From contig JAAETI010000377.1 in assembly GCA_024228555.1 (NCBI GenBank), forward strand, positions 36,379 through 100,378: a stretch of 64,000 bases of DNA, given 5' to 3'. The translations under genes were made by a program, and so were the position numbers. Positions within the stretch are counted from its first letter, which is position 1, and each line of letters begins with the position of its first letter. Positions 56,274 to 64,000 of the stretch are shown piece after piece. The notes beneath the pieces were generated by a model, which ran no database searches, had not been told where the DNA came from, and saw only the letters and a program-made list of their open reading frames with translations. The stretch comes from a bacterium. Lineage in GTDB: Bacteria; Actinomycetota; Acidimicrobiia; Spongiisociales; UBA5794.

Positions 56274-56368
56274 ATCTGAGGTATTCTCTCACCTGTCGGA
56301 ACCTTCCAGGTGGGTTCTGGGTCATAGCCCCGAGTACATTTCCGAATGTTCAAAACAAGGAGTGGGAA

Positions 56369-56755
56369 TTGAAGAAGATCTTCAGGGAATTCAAGGACTT
56401 TGCGTTCGGCGGCGACATCATCCAACTGGCTGTTGCCTTTGTCATGGCGGCCGCCTTTGGCGCCCTCGTTGCGGCTCTGGTCGATGCGATCATCATGCCC
56501 ATCGTCGGCATCATCTTTGGCAAACCGACGTTCGATAGCCTTACGTTCTCGATCAACAACTCGATCGTGTTCTACGGTTCGTTCATCACCGCAGTGGTCA
56601 AGTTTCTCGCTGTGGCCCTCGGCGTATTCTTCTTCATCGTCAAGCCCTACAAGGCCTATCAGGCTTCGCAGGCTGCTGCGGAAGAAGAAGCACCAGCCGA
56701 GCCGTCAGACGACATCAAGCTGCTGACAGAGATCCGCGACGCTCTCAACAGGTAA
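56369..56755 (+). CDS. mscL: Large-conductance mechanosensitive channel MscL
   Basis: AAGGAG SD 5 nt before TTG at 56369. KEFKDFAFGGDIIQLAVAFVMAAAFGALV is the MscL N-terminus. Confidence 0.85.
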   Translation: MKKIFREFKDFAFGGDIIQLAVAFVMAAAFGALVAALVDAIIMPIVGIIFGKPTFDSLTFSINNSIVFYGSFITAVVKFLAVALGVFFFIVKPYKAYQASQAAAEEEAPAEPSDDIKLLTEIRDALNR

Positions 56756-56866
56756 CCGACGAGCAACCACGAAGCGGGACCCGGCAACTGCCGGGTCCCG
56801 CTTTTCTTGGAATGAATCAACCCGGTGTAGTCGTTGAAGCACCGTAGGTCGGACAGGGAGCAGAAG

Positions 56867-57151
56867 ATGGCCAGAGCAACATGGAACGGCGTCGTTATCG
56901 CCGAGAGTGACAACACAGTCGTCGTCGAAGGGAACCACTACTTCCCAAAGGACAGCCTCGTGCAAGAGCACTTTGCGGAGAGCTCATCACAAACACGTTG
57001 CCCGTGGAAGGGTCTGGCCAGCTACTACGACGTTGTCGTTGACGGGCAGACCAACAGTGGTGCCGCCTGGTACTACCCAGATCCGAAGCCGGCCGCCGCC
57101 GATATCAAAAACCACGTCGCGTTCTGGCGGGGCGTCTCGGTCGAGGGCTAG
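56867..57151 (+). CDS. DUF427-domain protein
   Basis: AGGGAG SD before ATG at 56867. WNGVVIAESDNTVVVEGNHYFPKDS...CPWKGLASYYDV is the DUF427 signature. Confidence 0.6.
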   Translation: MARATWNGVVIAESDNTVVVEGNHYFPKDSLVQEHFAESSSQTRCPWKGLASYYDVVVDGQTNSGAAWYYPDPKPAAADIKNHVAFWRGVSVEG

Positions 57152-57153
57152 AG

Positions 57154-58116
57154 CTAGGTACGCAGCCCTGCGGTTGCGTTGACCAACTCACGGTGCAACT
57201 GGCGAACCTCGAATTGCGACCAGTCCTCGGATTCGGCACGCAGGAACGACGTCAGATCGGGACGGTTGTCGAACACCCCGGTGGGGATGGCAAAGCGCTC
57301 TTCGCCCTTGTCGATGAAGACAAAGCTCCCACCGCCAAGTGCCAGCAGCCACATCAGGTCGTCGATGCCGTACTCGCGGCGCATCACGGCCTCGGGAACT
57401 CCATGGTGCAAGATGGATGCGTCGCCATCGCGGCCGGGGACGGCTCGCTCCCGGTTCTTGCGGCGACTGTCCTCGGGCTCTACCCACACGTAGAGGATCG
57501 AGGCCTTCTCAAGGATCTCGTCGCTGAGCAGAGACAGAGCGTGCTGGTAGCCGTAGGGGGCCGGCAGTGGGAGCTCTGATCCTTCCGGTCCACCTCTGGC
57601 GAACTCAATGACGACGGTTTTTCCGTCGAGGTCCTCAGGAATAGCGGCGAGCTTGTCATTGAAGACTTCCTGGGCCTCATGCTCGAGTGCGCTCAGTAGT
57701 CGCTTCTTCGTCATGGGGCGGAGATCGGCGATAGCTGGGGCGAGACCGGCCAAAGCACGAGCTCGATCGATCCGGTCGAACAGCCACTCTGCTGCAGTGC
57801 CCGTGACCAGCTCACTAGGTGGGTCAGTCAGCTCGGCGTAGTCGAAGTTGACCAGATGGATGAGTGTGGACCAGTCGCCAGAGTCGAGAAACGGCTCCTC
57901 GCTCGCGTTGAAGAAGACCGGGTTATCTCCCGCCTCTTGGACCTCCTCGGCGATCCGTCGCATCATGTGGACATATGGGTAGTCATCAAGCTGGACCGTT
58001 GGCCCGATGTGCAGGTCGTGAAGCGCCGCAGCAGGATCGAGTTTCTCCATATAGCGGCGAAGCTCTGACTTCCCGGATGCGGGGAGCGCCAGTAGCAGCA
58101 GGGTTTTGATGGCCAT
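57154..58116 (-). CDS. P-loop kinase-like hypothetical protein (variant Walker A)
   Basis: MAIKTLLLLALPASGKSE has a Walker-A-like ASGKS with Ala replacing the first Gly. The ORF-track start at 58251 is rejected because it is Arg-rich low-complexity. Confidence 0.4.
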   Translation of the reverse strand: MAIKTLLLLALPASGKSELRRYMEKLDPAAALHDLHIGPTVQLDDYPYVHMMRRIAEEVQEAGDNPVFFNASEEPFLDSGDWSTLIHLVNFDYAELTDPPSELVTGTAAEWLFDRIDRARALAGLAPAIADLRPMTKKRLLSALEHEAQEVFNDKLAAIPEDLDGKTVVIEFARGGPEGSELPLPAPYGYQHALSLLSDEILEKASILYVWVEPEDSRRKNRERAVPGRDGDASILHHGVPEAVMRREYGIDDLMWLLALGGGSFVFIDKGEERFAIPTGVFDNRPDLTSFLRAESEDWSQFEVRQLHRELVNATAGLRT

Positions 58117-58268
58117 GGCATGACAATAACCAACCCGCCGCTCGCCTTCGCCACCACCGCGCTTTCGATGGTTGCGACGTCGCGGGCGGACTCGGTCTAT
58201 GAACCATTTCTGGATACTCTCCCGGCAACTGCCTTGGCCAGTGCGGGCCAATCAGGAGTGATGAGACT

Positions 58269-58949
58269 ATGGAAGGGATCGCATCGGGTAACGTCCTGGT
58301 CATGCTCCCTCTACGAATTGTCGAAACCGACAGACCTGAATTTGATGAACCGGTTGTGGAACTGTGGCGTGACGACGAGTTCGTCGGCATGGTGTTCTGG
58401 GACGGCGAAGAGTCCATCGTGCAGATCTATCCCGGTGGCGCCGGTGATGTCCACGACATCGAGATCGGCGATCTGCTTCGGGTTCTTGACCTGGCGGCTC
58501 GGATCGTTACCCCGTTGGATCAGCAGCCCGACGATGACGGCGGCGAGTATCTGCAGGCCTTCAACGAAGGTGTTCCCGATGGCGAGTGGGACGAGGAGGA
58601 CCCAGCAACGAGTGCGCTGACCGCGGAGTTCGACTCCAGCGTGGTGTTCCGGGCGGAGGACGGCGAAGGGTTCTTCAATCGTGACACGGCTCTTGAAATT
58701 GTCGAGAGATGCGAACAGCTTGGTCTGGCAGTTATCGAAGTCGACGGGTTCGATCTCGAGGGTGCGGTTCTGATCCCGCGTGCCGAGCTGGGGCTTGTCA
58801 TCTCTGCCCCCGGCGACATCGGATGGGGAGTGCGAGCCGCTGCAGCCAATGCGCAGGTCCGCTCAGCTCTCGAAGCGTGGCCGTCACGGCCGAGCCTCGT
58901 TGCCGCCCTGTTGATTCAGCAATCAGATGGTGAATCCTTCGTCGCCTGA
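58269..58949 (+). CDS. Hypothetical acidic protein
   Basis: Coding-like composition; no motifs recognised. Confidence 0.35.
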   Translation: MEGIASGNVLVMLPLRIVETDRPEFDEPVVELWRDDEFVGMVFWDGEESIVQIYPGGAGDVHDIEIGDLLRVLDLAARIVTPLDQQPDDDGGEYLQAFNEGVPDGEWDEEDPATSALTAEFDSSVVFRAEDGEGFFNRDTALEIVERCEQLGLAVIEVDGFDLEGAVLIPRAELGLVISAPGDIGWGVRAAAANAQVRSALEAWPSRPSLVAALLIQQSDGESFVA

Positions 58950-58965
58950 TCGGGGAGTGTGGGGC

Positions 58966-59361
58966 CTAGGGGGTACCCATGAAGGCGAGTCCGACACCTG
59001 CGCCCATGTACAGAAGCCCGGCCAGCATCGGCAGATTGGAAACCGCTGTCTCCACACGTGACGACTCCCAGTCGTAGCCGTTGCGGAGGACGTGGGCGAA
59101 CGAGAAGATGATGGGTCCGATCACCAACATGAATAGGCCGAATCCGATGAGGAAATTCCCGCTCATTGTCGTCGGGCTGACCGGGGAGCATTCACTACCG
59201 CGGGTGATCTGACCGCTCATGCCGACAGTCGGCCTTGCATTGATGCGATTGCAGAGATCGAGCCAATGCGGCTCAAAGAGCAATCCAGCGACAGCTGCCG
59301 CACCGAGTCCTGTGACGAACAGCAGGGGCCGTCGGATCAGCGGACGTCGTAGCAGAGCCAT
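58966..59361 (-). CDS. Hypothetical small membrane protein
   Basis: 3-4 TM segments; no motifs. Confidence 0.35.
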   Translation of the reverse strand: MALLRRPLIRRPLLFVTGLGAAAVAGLLFEPHWLDLCNRINARPTVGMSGQITRGSECSPVSPTTMSGNFLIGFGLFMLVIGPIIFSFAHVLRNGYDWESSRVETAVSNLPMLAGLLYMGAGVGLAFMGTP

Positions 59362-59406
59362 AGTTCAATAGTACGGGATGCCCTCAATACCGGGAAGGGG
59401 CTGCAG

Positions 59407-59811
59407 CTATGCCTGTCCGAATGGGCCCTTGCGGACTATGTCGGGCAGATTGCGGCGTCGATTCACATTCACCTTGAACACCGGGGTGCCGCGTTGAGGA
59501 TCGGCGCCGGTGCGTGACTGCGCTTCGCCGAGAAGTCGGCGCAGGCGGTCGACCTGGGTACGGAGCCGGGTGTTTTCCGCCTGCAGCATCAGGATGCGAC
59601 GCACGCCTTCCAGGTTGACCCCTTCGGCGGTCAACTCCTGGATGAGGCCAAGACGCTCGAGGTCCTCGTCGGAGTAGCGGCGGGTTCCACCCGGAGTGCG
59701 GAACGGCGCGATGAGTCCCTTCCGTTCATAGATACGAAGCGTCTGGGGATGGACTCCTGCGAGTTCCGCTGCAACGGAGATTATGTAGACGGCGGTGTTT
59801 CTCTTTGTCAT
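59407..59811 (-). CDS. hspR: MerR-family heat-shock repressor HspR
   Basis: MTKRNTAVYIISVAAELAGVHPQTLRIYERKGLIAP; final gene of the dnaK operon; start at ATG 59811, 2 bp after the dnaJ stop. Confidence 0.8.
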   Translation of the reverse strand: MTKRNTAVYIISVAAELAGVHPQTLRIYERKGLIAPFRTPGGTRRYSDEDLERLGLIQELTAEGVNLEGVRRILMLQAENTRLRTQVDRLRRLLGEAQSRTGADPQRGTPVFKVNVNRRRNLPDIVRKGPFGQA

Positions 59812-59812
59812 G

Positions 59813-60730
59813 TCACACCCCCAGGTGCGATCGCGGATCGTCATGAGGGTTCTCCAAGCGGAACTGCTGGAGCAGTTCCTTGCCCTCGTCCGTCAGTTCT
59901 TCGGGAACGGTAATCGACACGGTGACCAGAAGGTCGCCACGATTTCCTTTGGCATCTTCCACCCCGTGGTTGCGAACCCGGAATGTCTTGCTTGTCTGGG
60001 TACCGGCCGGGATCCGTAGCCGAACCTTCCCTTCCAGTGTCGGCACGTCGATCTCGGCGCCGAGGGCAGCCTCGATGAATGTGATCGGCACCTCGAGGGT
60101 GAGGTTCTTGCCGGTGCGGCCAAACACAGGATGATCCGCCACGCGCACGGTTACATACAGATCTCCTGCATTTCCCCCACCGCGTCCTGGAGCGCCGCGT
60201 CCCCTAACCCGAATTCGGGCACCATCGGAGACACCCTTGGGAATCTTGACCTTCACGGTTTGGCCGTTGACGTTGAGCTGGCGAGTAGTGCCGGAGACCG
60301 CGTCGTGGAAGCTGAGATTCATTTCTGCTGTCAGGTCATCGCCACCGCGGGGACGAGAGCCTGCCTGGCGCCCAAGCAAGTCACCGAGTCCGCCTATCAG
60401 GTCGAATGGCGATCCGCCCCCACGTGCGCCACCCATGAGATCTTCGACTCGCACATACTGCTGGGCACCACCCGGTCCTCCGACGAAATAGCCCATCTCG
60501 CGGGCGTGGTCGTACTCCTTTCTGGTCTCCGCATCACCAAGGACCTCGTAGGCCTCGTTGGCCTCCTTGAAGCGTGTCTCGGCGTTGGCCTCCCCGGCGT
60601 TCTTGTCGGGATGGAACTCCTGCGCAAGCTTGCGATAGGCCTGTTTGATGTCCTTGGCGGACGCGTCGGAACCCACGCCGAGAACGGCGTAGTAGTCCGA
60701 TTCAAGCCATTCTTTTCGCATAGTGTTCAA
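59813..60730 (-). CDS. dnaJ: J-domain co-chaperone (DnaJ/CbpA-like) lacking the Cys-rich zinc-finger domain
   Basis: J-domain (DYYAVLGV...HPDKN) and a G/F-rich region, but there are no CxxCxGxG repeats and the protein is only 305 aa. Confidence 0.85.
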   Translation of the reverse strand: MNTMRKEWLESDYYAVLGVGSDASAKDIKQAYRKLAQEFHPDKNAGEANAETRFKEANEAYEVLGDAETRKEYDHAREMGYFVGGPGGAQQYVRVEDLMGGARGGGSPFDLIGGLGDLLGRQAGSRPRGGDDLTAEMNLSFHDAVSGTTRQLNVNGQTVKVKIPKGVSDGARIRVRGRGAPGRGGGNAGDLYVTVRVADHPVFGRTGKNLTLEVPITFIEAALGAEIDVPTLEGKVRLRIPAGTQTSKTFRVRNHGVEDAKGNRGDLLVTVSITVPEELTDEGKELLQQFRLENPHDDPRSHLGV

Positions 60731-61343
60731 GCATGCCCCACTGCGACCAGTGCCGCTCTGACTACGCGGCCACGCAATGTGTAGCCGCGTCGCATTTCTG
60801 TAACCATAAGTTCGCCTTCTCCGTCGCCCGTCGGGCCGGCAACCGCCTCGTGAACGGCGGGATCGAAGGCAACTCCGGCCGCCGCAATCGGCTCGAAACC
60901 GTCGACGGCCAGCGCCTCCATCATGAGACGATGAGTGTCGCGCATTCCGGAGAGAAGCTTCTCCTCTCCCTCCGATTGCGGCTGGAAGGCCAGGGCGGCG
61001 TCGAAGCTGTCGAGTGTCGGCAGCAACCGTTCGATGAGGCGTTGTGACGCCCGATCGACGATGTCGTCACGTTCGCGTATCGAGCGCTTGCGAAAGTTGT
61101 CGAACTCCGCAGCCACTCGCTGCACCGTCTCGAGATAGCCGTTGGCCTCGGCCTTGGCCTGGCCGAGCGCCGTCAACAGAATCGGCACCGCTTCCGCCGG
61201 GTCCTCCGGCAGCTCCACCACGGTGGCGGTCGGGAGATCAACTGGCTCTGGTGCGGCCTCTTCGATGTGTTCCTCGTCGACGACGAGCTCCGGGACAACA
61301 GTGTCCTCGGAGTTCTCGTCGTCTTGGATCATCTGCTCGTCCA

Positions 61344-61344
<1 letters not shown>
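60727..61344 (-). CDS. grpE: Nucleotide exchange factor GrpE
   Basis: [20 protein letters not shown] and a C-terminal beta domain. Confidence 0.9.
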
Positions 61345-63170
<1,826 letters not shown>

Positions 63171-63392
63171 TTTGTCTCTCCTCTGTCTGTTTTACCCGCG
63201 GTGCGGGGTTTCAGCGTGTTCTTGAAATCATGTTGAGTATACACCGAATGTATAACTTGAGTCTAATGTTGTCATATTCCCGGTTTGTGGTGAGAAGGCA
63301 TACTCTGGGTGGCGGTTATAGCCTCCCAAGGCTATTTTTGGAGGCCAGGCTGCATCCATCGGCCTGTAGCCTTGATTCGGTAGGAGTGAGAC
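63171..63392 (-). promoter_or_regulatory. dnaK operon leader/promoter with a candidate HspR-operator-like element
   Basis: AT-richer segment TTGAGTATACACCGAATGTATAACTTGAGT (63225-63255) contains the GTATACA/TGTATAA near-palindrome and a direct repeat of TTGAGT. GGAGAG SD before the dnaK ATG. Confidence 0.35.
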
Positions 63393-64000
63393 TTGGCGCG
63401 GGAAGAGAATGCCTATGGCGGGGCGGTTCCCAGAACAGTGTTCTGGCTGCTCGCTATATGGGTCCTGGTGGTGTTGGCCGCTCTCGTGTGGGGGATCGAA
63501 CACGCTGAGACCACCCTCCGCACCGATGCAAGGGACAGCCTCAACGAGGATGGGCACAACGTCGCGGTCGACTTCTCAGGACGTGATGCGCGGTTGATTG
63601 GATCTGTAGCGTCGGAAGAACATGCGACCGAGATCGCCGAATCGATCGATGCTCTACCAGGGGTCAGGAGAGTTGAGATCGATCTCGATGTCATCGAACC
63701 GCCACCGCCGGTGGTGCAACCTCCCGAAGTCACGTTCCGCATCGTCGGCGATGCAGTCTCGATCCGCGGGGCCGTGCCGACTGCCGATGTCGAGGCAACG
63801 CTCGTCGAAGCCGCCGAGAAGCAGTATGGCGCCGATCGCGTCATCAACGCCCTCGTGGTCTCTGAGGGTGTTCCTGAGGCGGCATGGCTGGGCCGCATTC
63901 GCGATGTCTTCCCCCAGATCGGCAAACTCCGGTCCGGCGGTTTCACTGCGACCGATGATGGTTTCACCATTTCGGGCGATGTGATCTCCGAGGCCGTCCG
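63393..64000 (+). CDS. Membrane-anchored BON/OmpA-like domain protein (5' part; continues beyond window)
   Basis: AGGAG SD 6 nt before TTG at 63393. TM (VFWLLAIWVLVVLAALVW), then BON-like repeats (VDFSGRDARLIGSVASEEHATEIAESIDALPGVRRVEIDL). Not in the ORF track because there is no stop in the window. Confidence 0.5.
   Translation, partial: MAREENAYGGAVPRTVFWLLAIWVLVVLAALVWGIEHAETTLRTDARDSLNEDGHNVAVDFSGRDARLIGSVASEEHATEIAESIDALPGVRRVEIDLDVIEPPPPVVQPPEVTFRIVGDAVSIRGAVPTADVEATLVEAAEKQYGADRVINALVVSEGVPEAAWLGRIRDVFPQIGKLRSGGFTATDDGFTISGDVISEAV

Noticed and set aside
63171-63392. Canonical HAIR (CTTGAGT-N7-ACTCAAG) upstream of dnaK
   Set aside because: Only half-site-like direct repeats are present; the exact inverted repeat is not found.

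Overview
This is a high-GC (roughly 65-68% by eye), gene-dense chromosomal segment that looks actinobacterial. Evidence for that: SLH-type envelope protein, a dnaK-grpE-dnaJ-hspR operon, trHbO-type globin, Tat lipoproteins, GTG/TTG starts. I call about 68 protein genes, and I corrected many of the maximal six-frame ORFs to internal starts supported by homology or SD spacing.

Main contents:
- Nucleotide-sugar operon at the 5' edge. A WbpD/WbpE/WbpB/WecB-like cassette for a UDP-di-N-acetylated hexose sits behind a GT-C (PMT/ArnT-like) membrane glycosyltransferase.
- Two amino-acid ABC importers: a polar-amino-acid type (8.6-11.0 kb) and an Aap-like four-gene system (31.9-37.4 kb) with an intrinsic terminator between the binding protein and the permeases.
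- Envelope island, co-directional from about 16.3 to 26.6 kb: translationally coupled unknown protein plus trHbO globin, a 3xSLH/beta-helix protein, a Tat-PGRP amidase, a very acidic aromatic-rich lipoprotein, a peptidoglycan-binding-domain membrane-fusion protein, a MacB-like ABC ATPase, an FtsX permease, and a DUF3352-like protein.
- Housekeeping: purB-purD-purA, ybaK, M20 amidohydrolase, two tandem lgt paralogs, clpB, mscL, and a dnaK operon whose DnaJ lacks the zinc finger.
- Small accessory islet (about 42.7-46.2 kb): an unknown two-domain protein, a vapBC pair and a brnTA pair. A ~20-50 bp direct repeat occurs three times in it, and the vapB start is preceded by operator palindromes.
- PadR/NfeD-fusion/SPFH operon.

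Observations that stood out:
- A DsbA-like gene with two C-run frameshifts and an in-frame TAG, next to a small Cys-containing ORF.
- A vapC with no canonical start, a brnT with an ambiguous N-terminus, and a decayed gene remnant at 47.9-48.3 kb. Together with the DsbA lesions these suggest either draft-quality homopolymer errors or ongoing gene decay.
- A composite tandem palindromic minisatellite at 51.2-51.4 kb, a ~50 bp near-perfect palindrome at 38.16-38.21 kb, and GC-hairpin clusters between convergent genes.
- A protein joining an E3-binding-like domain to a degenerate NucS/PD-(D/E)xK-like domain.

I found no CRISPR array, no rRNA or tRNA gene, and no transposase or integrase.
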